DNA of 64,000 bases from Raja brachyura (taxonomy: Eukaryota): contig OY740782.1 of assembly GCA_963514005.1 (NCBI GenBank), positions 85,808,001-85,872,000 of the forward strand, given 5' to 3'. The position numbers and the translations under genes are program-made. This document shows, in pieces, positions 1 to 12,436 of the stretch. A model generated the notes under the pieces. The model searched no databases and had not been told where the DNA came from. It saw only the letters and a program-made list of their open reading frames with translations. Each line of letters opens with the position of its first letter. Position 1 is the first letter of the stretch.

Positions 1-187
1 GTTTGATCCTTATTTTATGAGGAGTTACGATGAGGGATTTCGTGAAGACCCCGCCAGCACGCATGCGCGACATTCTTCAAAGCAGGGGTGTGGAATCACA
101 GATAACAACAATGAGTGATGATAGTAAGATTAAGAGAATCTAATATACCAGTTGACCTTATGATATAGGGTTAGGAGCAGAGGGCAA

Positions 188-290
188 GAAATCCCTCATT
201 GTAACTCCTCATAAAATAAGGATCAAACTTCAAACTGGTAAGTTCTCATTTAATCTTACTATTTTACTTCAGAGTCACGTGAAGATTTCA
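188..290. other. DIRS internal complementary region (ICR), copy 1
   Basis: 188-228 is the near reverse complement of 1-41. 261-278 (attttacttcagagtcac) matches the reverse complement of 7646-7663 with one mismatch. The two halves join at ATT. Confidence 0.9.
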
Positions 291-464
291 AAGCTCTGTG
301 ATTCCATGTCCTGGACCACGTCCATGCTCACACACTGCTGTAATACTGATGGAGGATGTATGTTAACATATTTCAGACTTGAACAAGCTGAAAAATAATA
401 ATGTATTTATTACTATAAAACAAAAAAACCCTGCATTCGGGGACAAACGTTTAGGGAACAGCAC

Positions 465-1506
465 TTAAAACTGACTCTGCAACGTTGCGGGATTGGCCAC
501 AGGTTTATTATAAACCCGCTGAAATGTAGTTTCACTGGCCCAGCCTGCTGTTGCGAGGACATAATCCATGGGTACCTCCATGGTCCTCGCCGCTGATGTG
601 GATGTAGGCCTGGTAGAATGAGATTTAAACATGTTAGTGTCTATACCTGCTGCACCCAATACCACTCTGAGCCACCTGGAGATAGTCTGCACCGTCACCC
701 TATGATGTGGGTTTTTATGGCTGATAAACAGTCCCATCTCCATTTTCCTGATGGTGTGTGTGACATTAATATAATGTCGGATATATGTGGCTATACAGTC
801 GAACATCAACGGGGTATGCTACGAATTCCAATTTCAGGCCAGTAGTTCCAGGCCTGTGTTGCTTAAGTAACTCATCTATAAAGAAAGTCACTTTATTGGG
901 GGTCGAGACCATCCTGTCCAGTTTTAGTTTCTGTAGTGTCTGGACCCGTTGTGCAGTGTTTAGTGCCATTAGCATCACCACTTTGAAGGTGAGTTTGTCC
1001 AGTGGTAAATCCATCATAGGCGACCAGCTCCTGAGTAGGGACAACACAACTCCAATATCCCAGGTGATATTATATCGTGGTCGGGGAAGGTTGGAATTAA
1101 ATATACCCCTCATACGTTTGGATACCAGCTGGTGAGATCCCACTCCAATATTGAGAGAGGATGATAGTGCACTCCTGGCACTGTTTATGGCACTGTAACT
1201 GAGGGCCTCATCAAAATGAAGGCCCGCGAGGAATTCCAGCACATTGGTAATCATAGCAGAGTTGTAGATATTCTTGGTCGGACTACAGAAGGCCTCCCAC
1301 TTCCTTATGTGGGTGAGGTACTGCTTCCTTGTCGTCTCTCTGCACGATGCTGTGATGATGTCCATGGTTCTTGTAGACAGCCCGAATTCCAGCAACAGCC
1401 TCTTCAGAACCTGCAAGCCAACAGGTTCAGAGGACCATGGCATGGATGATATTCCCCTGTTATGGGATTGGTCACCAAATTCAGACATTTGGTAACCTGA
1501 ATCCAT
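465..1506 (-). pseudogene. DIRS tyrosine recombinase (frameshifted; ORFs 766-1506 and 465-809)
   Basis: Motifs LSYSAINSARSALS, LNTAQRVQTL (catalytic R region), KSHSTR (HxxR) and AGWASETTFQRVY (catalytic Y). Confidence 0.9.
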
Positions 1507-1509
1507 GGT

Positions 1510-3221
1510 TCATTCATCATGCTGTGGACCACCGGGTACCATGGTTGTGTGGGCCAGTCGGGTATTATCAGTATACCTGATGCAGAATCTAGTTAATTTT
1601 CTGCAATACCCGACTGATGAGGCAGAATGGGAGAAATGCATAGAAAACCATTTCCCCAATATAGCGAGAACGCGTCCATCGCCACTGCCCCAGGATCTGG
1701 TTCCCAAGAGACATATGTTGGTATCTGATGGTTCAACCTGCATGCAAAAGGTCGATATCTGGTGTTCCATATTTGGCTATAATTTTAGCAAATATTTGGG
1801 GGTTCAACATCCACTTGATGTTGTCATTAAATACTCGTGACCTGGTGTCTGCCACTGTATTGAGCTTACCCGGAAGGTATGTAGCTGATATCCAAATATT
1901 TCTTTCAATACACCAGAGCCAGATTGAATTAGCCAATTCATCACAAGATATTCACTTGATACCACCTATATGGTTTAAATATGCCACCACAGTGGTATTA
2001 TCTATTTGAAGACGGACATGCGTATGATGCAGATTAGTGCAGTAAGCCCGCAGCCCGTGGAATGCTCCCAGCATTTCCAAATAGTTTATACCTTGTGATT
2101 GAAGAAGAGTAGACTTGTGCAAATCCCAACTGCCGCCACAACTAGAAGTGGTGTCGGTAGATCCCCAGCCCTGGGCATCTGCGTTGGTCTGTAACACGAC
2201 TGATGGATTTGATATAATGATGGGTTTAAAACAATCACGAACATTGCTAATCAACCATATTAGCTCAATTTTTGCCTTGCTTGGCAGCTGCATTGGTCTG
2301 TCAAAATGTCCAGCATTTGCTTTTAATGCTGAGATTTTAGCTCTTTGCAAGTTTTGACAGTGTAACGGGCCAAATTGTGCAGCTGGAAATGTAGCTACAA
2401 GTTTCCCAATCACCTTAGCAGCATGTCTAATGGTCAGTTTCCTGGCACAAGCAAGGCTGTTACATGCCTCTATTATGTCTGTTGCTTTGTTCTCTGGGAT
2501 AGTGACAATCATATCACTGGTGTTAATTGTGAATCTCAGATAGTCCATAATCCCAGAGGGGATGAACTTAGATTTGTCTGGATGGATGACAAACCCTAGT
2601 TTCTTGAATAATTATTTGGTAGCTGTTACTGCTAATTTAGCTAATTCCAAAGTTCTGCCCACAATTAAAATATCATCTAGATATGCCATGACTATGTGGT
2701 TTTGTCTTCTTAGAGACACCAATACTGGTTTTAGTATTTTGGTAAATAACCTAGGGGCTGTGGTAAGCCCATTAGGTAGGGCTTTGTATTGCCATAGTTG
2801 CCCCATCCAAACAAATTTTAAGTATTTCCGGTGATGTTCCCGTATAGGTACTGAATAGTATGCATCTTTTAGGCCGATGCGGACCATGAAGCACCCTCTG
2901 GAAATCAGTTGCTTAGCCGTTTCAAATATTTCCCATCTTGAAATGGGTATATTGAACAAAGGTATTCAAATGGGTTAAATCAATTATGATACGACATCCA
3001 CCATCTTTTTTGCTTTAGGTAAAGATGTTAGATACAAACTCAAGAGGTTCATGTGTCGTTTTTTCTATAACCCCCTTGGTGTATAACCTTAATAGCTCCA
3101 CATGTCCTTCCACTTTTTCTTTGTGAGAAAGTGCAAATTTCCTGTTAGGTACATGCTGAGCTGGGGGAAGATGGCCATTTATGAATTTAATTTCATAACC
3201 CCAAATACTTTGTAATATAAA
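1510..3221 (-). pseudogene. DIRS pol: reverse transcriptase, RNase H and Dam-like methyltransferase domains (fragmented)
   Basis: RT: LKDAYY, LPNGLTTAPRLFTK, YLDDILI (2612-2959). RNase H: INYLEMLG, QIDNTTVV (1952-2548). MT start: PDIDL (1733-1936). Several frameshifts. Confidence 0.9.
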
Positions 3222-3230
3222 TCTTATATT

Positions 3231-5595
3231 AGCAGGCTATTTTAGACTGGGTATTGAGTAATGAGGAAGGGTTAGTTAGCAGTCTTATTGTGCGTGCCCC
3301 CTTGGGCAAGAGTGACCATAATATGGTCGAGTTCTTCATTAGGATGGAGAGTGACATTGTTAATTCAGAAACAATGGTTCTGAACTTAAGGAAAGGTAAC
3401 TTTGAGGGTATGAGACGTGAATTGGCCAAGATTGACTGGCAATCAATTCTAAAAGGGTTGACGGTGGATATGCAATGGAAGACATTTAAAGACTGCATGG
3501 ATGAACTACAAAAATTGTTCATCCCAATTTGGCAAAGGAATAGATCAGGGAAGGTAGTGCATCCGTGGATAACAAGGGAAATCAGGGATAGTATCAAAGC
3601 AAAGGATGATGCGTACAAAGTAGCCAGAAAAAGCAGCATACCAGAGGACTGGGAGAAATTCAGAGACCAGCAGAGAAGGACAAAGGGCTTGATTAGGAAA
3701 GGAAAAATAGATTATGAAAGAAAACTGGCAGGGAACATAAAAACTGACTGCAAAAGTTTTTATAGATATGTGAAGAGAAATAGATTAATTAAAACAAATG
3801 TAGGACCCTTGCAGTCAGAAACAGGTGAGTTGATCATGGGGAACAAGGATATGGCGGACCAATTAAATAACTACTTTGGTTCCGTCTTCACTAAGGAAGA
3901 CATAAATAATCTGCCGGAAATAGCAGGGGACCGCAGGTCAAAGGAGTACTTGAGTGAAATCCAGGTTAGTCGGGAAGTGGTGTTGGGTAAATTGAATGGA
4001 TTAAAGGCCAATAAATCCCCAGGGCCAGATAGGCTGCATCCCAGAGTACTTAAGGAAGTAGCTCCGGAAATAGTGGATGCATTAGTGATAATCTTTCAAA
4101 ACTCATTAGATTCTGGAGTAGTTCCTGAGGATTGGCGGGTAGCAAATGTAACCCCTCTTTTTAAGAAGGGGGGGGAGAGAGAAAACGGGGAATTACAGAC
4201 CAGTTAGTCTAACATCGGTAGTGGGGAAACTGCTAGAGTCAGTTATTAAAGATGGGATAGCAGCACATTTGGAAAGTGGTGAAATCATTGGACAAAGTCA
4301 GCATGGATTTACGAAAGGTAAATCATGTCTGACGAATCTTGTGGAATTTTTCGAGGATGTAACTAGTAGCGTGGATGGGGGAGAACCAGTGGATGTGCTG
4401 TATCTGGACTTCCAGAAGGCTTTCGACAAGGTCCCACATAAGCGATTAGTATATAAACTTAAAGCATATGGCATTGGGGGTTCAGTATTGATGTGGATAG
4501 AGAACTGGCTGGCAAACAGGAAGCAAAGAGTAGGAGTAAACGGATCCTTTTCACAATGGCAGGCAGTGACTAGTGGGGTACCGCAAGGCTCAGTGCTGGG
4601 ACCCCAGCTATTTACAATATACATAAATGATCTGGATGAGGGAATTGAAGGCAATATCTCCAAGTTTGCGGAAGACACTATGCTGGGGGGCAGTATTAGC
4701 TGTGAGGAGGATGCTAGGAGAATGCAAGGTGACTTGGATAGGCTGGGTGAGTGGGCAAATGTTTGGCAGATGCAGTATAATGTGGATAAATGTGAGGTTA
4801 TCCACTTTGGTGGCAAAAATCGGAAAACCGACTACTATCTAAATGGTGGCCGATTAGGAAAAGAGGAGATGCAGCACGACCTGGGTGTCATGGTACACCA
4901 GTCATTGAAAGTAGGCATGCAGGTACAGCAGGCAGTGAAGAAAGCCAATGGTATATTAGCTTTCATAGCAAAAGGATTTGAGTATAGGAGCAGGGAGGTT
5001 CTACTTCAGTTGTATAGGGTCCTGGTGAGGCCAGACCTGGAGTATTGCGTACAGTTCTGGTCTCCAAATCTGAGAAGGACAGTATTGCCATAGAGGGAGT
5101 GCAGCGAAGGTTCACCAGACTGATTCCTGGGATGTCAGGACTGTCTTATGAACAAAGACTGCATAGACTCGGTTTATACTCTCTAGAATTTAGGAGATTG
5201 AGAGGGGATCTTACAGAATCTTACAAGATTCTTAAGGGGTTGGACAGGCTAGATGCAGGAAGATTGTTCCCGATGTTGGGGAGGTCCAGGACAAGGGGTC
5301 ACAGCTTAAGGATAAGGGGGAAATCCTTTAGGACCGAGATGAGAAGGAATCTTTTCACACAGAGAGTGGTGGGTCTCTGGAACTCTCTGCCACAGAGGGT
5401 AGTTGAGGCCAGTTCATTGGCTATATTTAAGAGGGAGTTAGATGTGGCCCTTGTGGCTAAGTGGGATCAGAGGGTATGGAGAGAAGGCAGGTACGGGATA
5501 CTGAGTTGGATGATTAGCCATGATCATATTGAATGGCGGTGCAGGCTCGAAGGGCCGAATGGCCTACTCCTGCACCTAATTTCTATGTTTCTATG
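3231..5595 (+). mobile_element. 5'-truncated CR1-clade LINE (HER1-like) inserted in DIRS pol; ORF2 frameshifted
   Basis: SDHN endonuclease end, [47 protein letters not shown] (mutated FADD). 3' tail (tttctatg)n. The DIRS frame WGSITSDTF/ILQSIWGY is restored if the insert is removed (taaa duplicated). Confidence 0.95.
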
Positions 5596-5712
5596 TAAAA
5601 GTGTCAGAAGTTATAGAACCCCATGCATTCCAGAATGTACGCAACCTCCGTCCTACTTGTGATGTTATACATGCAGCACTCCCAAGAGAACCAGAACCCC
5701 TTACCTCCATGG

Positions 5713-7526
5713 TTACCGGCGGTGCTTGTTGTACTGGCCTTTCTTGGGTCTTGGTGTTGCTGGGATGTGGGGTTGGCGCATCTTTGAGGCTGGTCGCTGT
5801 GGGCCCTGTCCTAAAAAAGGCTTTTGTTGGTAGGGCGCGACCAGAGGGTTGGTTCTAATTGCCCTGTCGGTTTGAACCCGAGGCCTGTTCGATGTTGCAT
5901 ACGGATGCTGCCTGTTATACGCCGCTGGTCTGCTCGAGGATGGTGGTTTCATCAACCCGACCGCTTTTGCTTCCTCATCCAGGTCTTTTACCTGTTTAGG
6001 CAGATCTTCACCGAACAACTGTCGGTGGCGGCGTTACATTGGCTTTACACAAACCCGCAAATTTTGGTTTTAGTGTTGGACGGATGGAGCTCTTGTGAAA
6101 ACAGTTGATCTCAAACTGAATATTGCATAGCAACGCTAGTGCACCCTGCTTCTCCTCCATCATGTCCGTCCTGTCTATGGACCTGGCAAAGGCAGTAATG
6201 CCTGTGGTCAACAATTTCAGGATTTTTTGTAATTTTAATTCCTGGGCCCTGATCCCAGGACTGATGTTACCCCAGATGGATGTGTTGATGGTGGGGACAT
6301 TGACCGACACACAATTTTCCGGAGCTTTGTATTTGTTAATATTCTCCAACAGCACCTGTTCCTGCAGCTGGTGTGTGGTCAAATAATTGATGCTGGCTGC
6401 TAGCCTTGGTTGAAGAGGTTGCCCTGAGTGTGCTGGTTGGATGAACTTTGATACTACTTCGAGAAGTTCCTTTTCAGGCATCTCTGGCAACACAGGTTCT
6501 TGCGCCAACCCCTCTTCAAAGTCAGCTAATGGCTGACTTCTGGCACTCCCTATTGAAGAGGGAGAGATGTTCAGTAGTTCTGCTGTGTGTCTGGTTGATC
6601 CCAAAGACACACGCTCTTGATGGAGAAGGTCCCTTTCGAGCAGCCGCTCCACCATTCGCTCCATTCGAGCCATGCGACCGTCGCCGCTATCTGCGGATGA
6701 CAAGTCGACTTCCCCAAGTTCTGATGAACGATTGGGGCTTCTACCATCAGCCCACACCTAGTCGAGGTGATGTCTAAGGGACCTAGGTAGGTAGTCAGTG
6801 CCTGCCGCTCCTACAGGGCTACAGGACTCCCGCGTGGATATGCCGCAAGTCCGCGGTCTTCCGGACTGCGGCAGTGATGAGTCGCTGCCAGCCACTCCAG
6901 CGGGGCTACACGACATCCGCGCGGGCTTGCCGCCAGTCCTGGAAGTATGGGACTGATGCGACTTAAAGTCGGTACGAACCGCTCCTGCGGGGCTACCCGA
7001 CGTGTGTTTTTCCACCGGTCCGCGATCTGGCCAACTGAATTGGTGGTGAGTCGGTGCCAACTGCTCCTGCGGGGCAATCCAACTTTCTTGTTGATTTTCC
7101 ACCTGTTCGTGTTCTGGCAGACTGACGGTGGTGAGTCGGTGACTTTGGTGCGATCTTCCCACTGGTCTGCCCTCTGGTGACCTGCAATAGTGGGGAAGTG
7201 GAACATGCCATTGAAACAGGCACTGACTTACGCACCTTTTTACCGCTTACCCAGTGCTGTTTGGGTTGAAGCAGTAGGGAGTCAGGGTCTTGCCTACCCT
7301 GCTCCCGCGCGGTCCTCCTGCCAGTGTGCAGCTCCCTGGCCTGCTGTGGTGGAGAGTTGGGTCCTGCCGACTGAGCTGGGCTCCCAGACTCTTTTCCCGG
7401 CCCGTGGTACGGGTGCTGCCGGTGTAGCGGACAGCTCCAGGGATATCGGCCACTGACTTCCATCCAAAGTCCGCGGTCCTTGGAGGCATGCTTCGATGCA
7501 GCCTTTGTATTATTCCTCCTTTCCAT
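5713..7526 (-). pseudogene. DIRS gag-like ORF1 (split by a stop at 6758-6760 and frameshifts)
   Basis: ORFs 6758-7162 and 6008-6757 are in frame across one stop. Motifs YKAPENC..VPTIN..IW, ELKLQKI and a FGEDL..VKDL continuation (5713-6018) resemble DIRS gag. Confidence 0.75.
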
Positions 7527-8651
7527 CGTTTCTGTAAGAAATTCGCAAATACAGAAACTAACCAGCTCAAGGTTAGTTGAGATGCAAATGCGAGCGACGA
7601 TATGTCGCGCATGTGTGCTGGCGGGGTCTTCGCGAAGTCACTCATGTGACTCGGAAGTAAAATTAATATCCCATTTTAATTTTTCATCAGTGATTATTTC
7701 AAGAAGGTATTCATTAGTGTCAGAGACAGTCTGACAGACTTTCATCTATAGTATGATAACATTCAGTTGTAAAAATAGTATTATCCTTGTTGCTACTAAC
7801 CGAGTGAGGTATTGAGCTAATAAATAATTCACTGAGCTCTCATTGCATTCCTATAACCAGGTAAATTTAATCAGAATACACCAAGAGAGAAGTACTATTT
7901 AGCCTGGCATCTGATCACTATTTGTTAATGACAAAGATCTGCAGTTTGAGGTTTCCATGGAAATAAAGTTAAATTCTTATCAGATGAGTGTTCACTATTT
8001 ATATAAAAACAAGAAGCCTTCCCAAAAAGTACAGCCAGTGCTTTGGAGTCACAGCAAGGAGCCATTAAAAAACAATAATTAAATAATTGCTCTATGGAGT
8101 AATAAATTAAATACATCTCAGCAAAAAACCCATGTGACGCAATGAATTTGCACAATTTCATCCTTGGATAGATGGGAATAAAATATCCACATCTTGATGC
8201 TATGAGTCCCATGTGAAATACATTTGGGCAGATTCAACTTTGTTCCCTGCAAGCAAGCAGAATAAAGCTGCCCACCATTCATCAACCACTTCCTGTCGAC
8301 GACCTGCTCCAAATCAGCTCCCTAGGGAGAGTGTGCATTCCCTTCAATTGGAAGTCTTGAACCTTGCCTCAATCTACTGCCTGTCAATGCTGCTGAAATG
8401 TGTCCTAAAGTTGGTCTACAACTTTGTCTCTTATAGTAACTGGCTGGCTTACACAACAGATTCACTTCTCCAGCAGGTGGGTCCAATCTGGAGCAAATTC
8501 TCAGCTGCAATCTTTGCTGAGTGTCACGCTTTAATAGTTGCTAATTTAGAATTGTAATTCTACTGGCCCTACTTAGCCTGATGGCTGCAACCAATATTTG
8601 CAAGGCATTGACAAAGTCATCATCCTGAACCATATTCTCGCTGTTGGGGAC

Positions 8652-8826
8652 ACAAGGAACTGCAGAATCCTGAGCAAAACACAAAGTGCTGGAAGAGCTC
8701 CATGGATCAGCAACATCTGTGGAGGGGATAGACAGGCAATGTTTTGGGACATAATCCTTGTCCCAACCCAAAACGTTGTCTGTCCATTCCTTCCACATTA
8801 ATACTATTTGTCCCTCCACAGATGTA
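8652..8826. mobile_element. Penelope-type short repeat, degenerate inverted pair
   Basis: aaggaactgcag..cacaaagtgctggaagagctc..catctgtggagggg followed by inverted cccaaaacgttgtctgtccattcc..ctccacagatg. Confidence 0.65.
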
Positions 8827-9551
8827 TTTCTCATATTTTCTATATCACTATGGTAGCACTCCAGAAGAAGGTTAATATAGGTAAGGCAACAAATAATAAA
8901 TTAATGATTTCAATTAACCCTTATCAGCCTGGTTGACTTGGACATCTTCAAGTCTTTCACAGGATACATAACTCTTTATCTGTTTGGCCAGCGCGTAATA
9001 TGTATTGAGGATGTACTGCGGATCAGAGAAGGCCAGGATACAAAGATTGACACAGAGTGGCATGGGTATCTTTTATGATCAGAGGTTAATGAAAAAGGAA
9101 TGCTGAACATGTGAAACACTAAAATATTCCACCTCTTAATGAGGAAGTATTTGCATAAGCTAGCCATGTCCGGTTACATATTTATGAGTAAAAGACCTCT
9201 TCTTTGATCACAGCCCAAGTTAATATTTAAACACTATTCATTTGTTTCAGATAAATTGAGGATTTATGTCGAAAAAATGAAATGATTAAATCTAGCTTCC
9301 TCTGCAATGAACTTCAAAGCAGATCTGCCATTGAACTGGGTTTGGAGCTCTTGCATTGATAAAAGTCTGATGAAAGCACTCACTCTGAAGACCCTTGCAC
9401 CAAAATTTACTGTCAGGGACATTTTGCTCAGTGTGAGATTAGAGTTGCTGTCTCTCATAAGGAGAACTGATTAAACTCAACAGAGGTGAAATAGCTATCC
9501 TTAAGTTGCCAAACAACACTTTGGTCAACCTCGTTATTAAATATAAGCTCA

Positions 9552-9905
9552 TTCAAGAGTCAAGAGAGAGTTAAAAAGTGTTTTATTGTCATGTGCACCA
9601 AATCGGACAAATGAAATTCTTACTTGTAGCAACACAACAGGTTTGTAAATACAGTACTCAATAGACAATATAATAAACAATCAATAAATTTTTAAAAATG
9701 CAATACAATGCAAATGAAATACAAAACCTAAGGTCCATAATTTGGTGTTTAGTTAGTAGTGTTCAATAGCTAATGGTCATTGGGAAGAAGCTGTTCCTGA
9801 ACCTGAACATTACGGTTTTCAGACTCCTTTATCCTCTTCCCGATTGCAGGAGTGAAATTAGAACATGGCCAGGATGCTCTGGGTTCTTGATGATGCTGAT
9901 TGCAT
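9552..9905 (-). mobile_element. Rex1/Babar-like LINE 3' fragment
   Basis: caagagtcaagag tail and gggaagaagctgttcctgaacctg segment shared with the copy at 23669-25110. Confidence 0.65.
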
Positions 9906-10065
9906 TCAATTTAAATTCTAAGTGGGTTTAACATTGCACAGTTCCATTTTGTCAAGGGAACATGAATTTTATTTAAAATAAATGCATTTAATAATGAAAG
10001 CATTAAAAGTATAATTTATTCCTTGACAAAAATGCAACTGTGCAGCATTTAACCCACTTACATGT

Positions 10066-10390
10066 TAGACACAAAAAGCTGGAGTAACTCAGCGGGTTAG
10101 TGAGTCTCATTGTCTATATTCTTTTTTACCTGGCTCACAGCTAACAATGGCCTGTTTTCTTTAATGCGTTACTTTTTTGCATATTTTTCATTCATTTGTT
10201 CTATATCTCCCCACATCATCGTCTATATCACATGTTTCCCTTTCCCCTGACTCTCAGTCTTAAGAAGGGTTTCGACCCAAAACATCACCCGTTCCTTTTA
10301 TCCAGAGATGCTGCCTGTGCTGCTGAGTTACTCCAGCATTTTGTGTCCATCTTTGGTTTAAACCAGCATCTGCAGTTTCTTGCTACACAT
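10066..10390 (+). mobile_element. Penelope-type repeat with short inverted 5' segment and degenerate hammerhead motif
   Basis: agtcttaagaagggtttcgacccaaaacatcacc..gctgagttactccagc..ccagcatctgcagtt. 10066-10096 is an inverted copy of the 3' part. Confidence 0.7.
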
Positions 10391-10504
10391 ATACGTGTTG
10401 TTAATTGGGGTAACTTTAAATTTTTCATGTGTTCATTCATGTATTTTCCACTGCTAATTCCACTTACCTACAGGAATTCTTCCCGAGTGAGGGCACAACA
10501 AGAA

Positions 10505-10930
10505 TGGGCAGAGACATACAGATTAGCATATGTTGAGCATTTAACAGCACTGGGGAGACCTCATTGAAATTTACAGAATAATGAAAGCCATAGATAGAGT
10601 GAATGTGGGAAGTATGTTTCCACTGGTGGGAGAATCTAAGACCAGAGATCATATCCTCAGAATTAATGGGGCTCTCTTTTAGAAAGGTGAGAAGGAACTT
10701 CTTTAATCAGAGGGTAGTTAATCTGTGGAACTCATTGCCACAGAGGGCTTTGGAGGACAAGTCAGTGGACATTTGTTAAGGCAGAGATATACAGATGCTT
10801 GATTAGAATGGGTGTCAAAGGTTACGGGGAGAAGGCAGGAAAATGGGATTAGGAGGCAGAGATGGGCCATGATTGAATGGCGGAGTAGACTTGATAGGCC
10901 AAATGGCCTAATTCTATTACTATAACTTAT
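10505..10930 (+). mobile_element. CR1 LINE 3' fragment
   Basis: Similar to 5140-5580 (gtagttaatctgtggaactcattgccacagaggg; gattgaatggcgg..ggccaaatggcct). Confidence 0.8.
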
Positions 10931-10949
10931 AAATTAAGTCAATACAAGG

Positions 10950-11177
10950 AAGTGTTTAAGAAGGAACTGCAGATGTTGTAAAATCCAAGGTAGACAAAAA
11001 TGCTGGAGAAACTCAGCGGGTAAGGTAGCATCTACGGAGCGAAGGAAATAGGTGACGTTTTGGGTCGAGACGGTCGGGTTTGAAGAAGGGTCTCGACCCG
11101 AAACATCACATATTTCTTTCGCTCCATTGATGCTGCATCACCTGCTGAGTTTCTCCAGCACTTTTGTCTACCTTCAA
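10950..11177. mobile_element. Penelope-type fold-back (inverted pair) insertion with hammerhead-like motif
   Basis: 10987-11070 is the near reverse complement of 11090-11174. Flanking tcaatacaagg / tcaatagaagg (10939-10949, 11174-11184) is a probable TSD. Confidence 0.8.
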
Positions 11178-11184
11178 TAGAAGG

Positions 11185-11345
11185 TTGGTTTGTCGGATGA
11201 TCTGAGCTGCATCCATAATTTGCTGAAATTTCTTGCAGTCTTGGATGGAGCTGCTCCCAAACCAAGCTGTGTTGCATCCTGATAAAATGCTTTCTATGGT
11301 GCATCTGTAGAAGCATAACAGTGCTCCTTTTCCACTTAAAGCATG
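11185..11345 (-). mobile_element. Rex1-like LINE ORF fragment
   Basis: Translation FYRCTIESILSGCNTAWFG resembles the Rex1 RT C-terminal region. Confidence 0.7.
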
Positions 11346-11978
11346 CATGAGATTCACTGGAATCAGTGAGATGTACATATTTTTCAAGGGGTTTTGAGAC
11401 AATTTTGTTTTTTTCTTTTCCTCTATTCACTTGGCATTTTCTCCCTTTGACAGTGTGTGTTTTGGGAGTGTGGTGCTAGGCATGTAAATTATGTGGTCTG
11501 ATTATTATAATTAACTGAATGTAATGAAGGCCGCAGTCCCAGGATATTTCCCTGGGAAAGAGCTAACATTAGTTCACCTTGTGTTCTCGTAAATTTGGAG
11601 TATTTTGTGGACACAACATTAATTATATCTCTTCAATATCTCCAAAGGAACAGTAGTCAGGCCATACCATGAGGACCCAGTGCTGGCTATAGTCAGTGCA
11701 GTCCAATATCAGGAAGCTTACTTCAATCAGATATCGGACACTATTTAATGTATAGGCACTGAGAATGTGTGAAGAGTTTTTGAACAGTTTTTGTTTAGTA
11801 TATATCTTTTTATTCTGCATCAAATTTATTTTATATATATTTTTTTTAATCAGACATTGGCCTTAATTTAGACAGATACAGGGATTGATGCCTGCTTCAG
11901 GAATAAACCCATGATACTTCTGCTGGCACTGAATTTATATCCATCTTAGGCAAGGTAACCTGCACCCACTCTGATTGT

Positions 11979-12024
11979 TAAAGAAGGAACTGCAGATGCT
12001 GGAGTTTCTCCAGCTTTTTGTGTA
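11979..12024. mobile_element. 46-bp Penelope-type mini-insertion with 15-bp TSD
   Basis: acccactctgattgt at 11964-11978 and 12025-12039 flanks aagaaggaactgcagatgctggagtttctccagctttttgtgta. Confidence 0.85.
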
Positions 12025-12436
12025 ACCCACTCTGATTGTGTGGGTTCTGAGCCGGCTGATCGGGTCAATGTGAGACTGCAGACATTTTCCCAAATGGGGC
12101 AGGAGATGTATCGTAGGGCAGGGGGGTTGATAGCTTGTGACTGGGAGTTAGGGAAGTCTTGTGGCTGGAATTGGGGGCTAGTGATGAGGAGGGAGTCACA
12201 TTTGGAGCAGCAGCTGGTCTGCAGTGGTGACAAGAGTCTGGTGTGGACCGGAATTCTAATGTCTTACCTGACTCTGAGAAATATCCATCAGCCAGGATCC
12301 ATCTCTTACTGCAGACAGGCTCTCTGCCATATAATATTTGCGAACATGCTGTCTGATAGGAACCCATCTTATGTCAGTAAAAACTCGATGTGGTTACATT
12401 TAATTATGAAACAAAACTTTAACTGAATCACATTGC

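Larger units (their letters stand above)
1..7663 (-). mobile_element. DIRS1-type tyrosine recombinase retrotransposon, copy 1 (decayed; left end just outside the window; interrupted by a CR1 LINE)
   Basis: Minus-strand order gag - RT/RNaseH/MT - YR. Inverted termini: 41-73 is the near reverse complement of 7601-7634. Internal complementary region (ICR) at about 188-285 matches both ends. Right end at gtaaaat (7663). Confidence 0.95.

Noticed and set aside
465-1770. Phage integrase plus Dam methylase suggesting a prophage or bacterial contamination
   Set aside because: Both are standard DIRS1 domains, lying between inverted termini with RT and RNase H in vertebrate repeat context.
3229-4816. 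Antisense ORFs over the CR1 (and similar shadow ORFs over DIRS, RTE and Tc1)
   Set aside because: Shadow frames of transposon coding sequence with no independent motifs.
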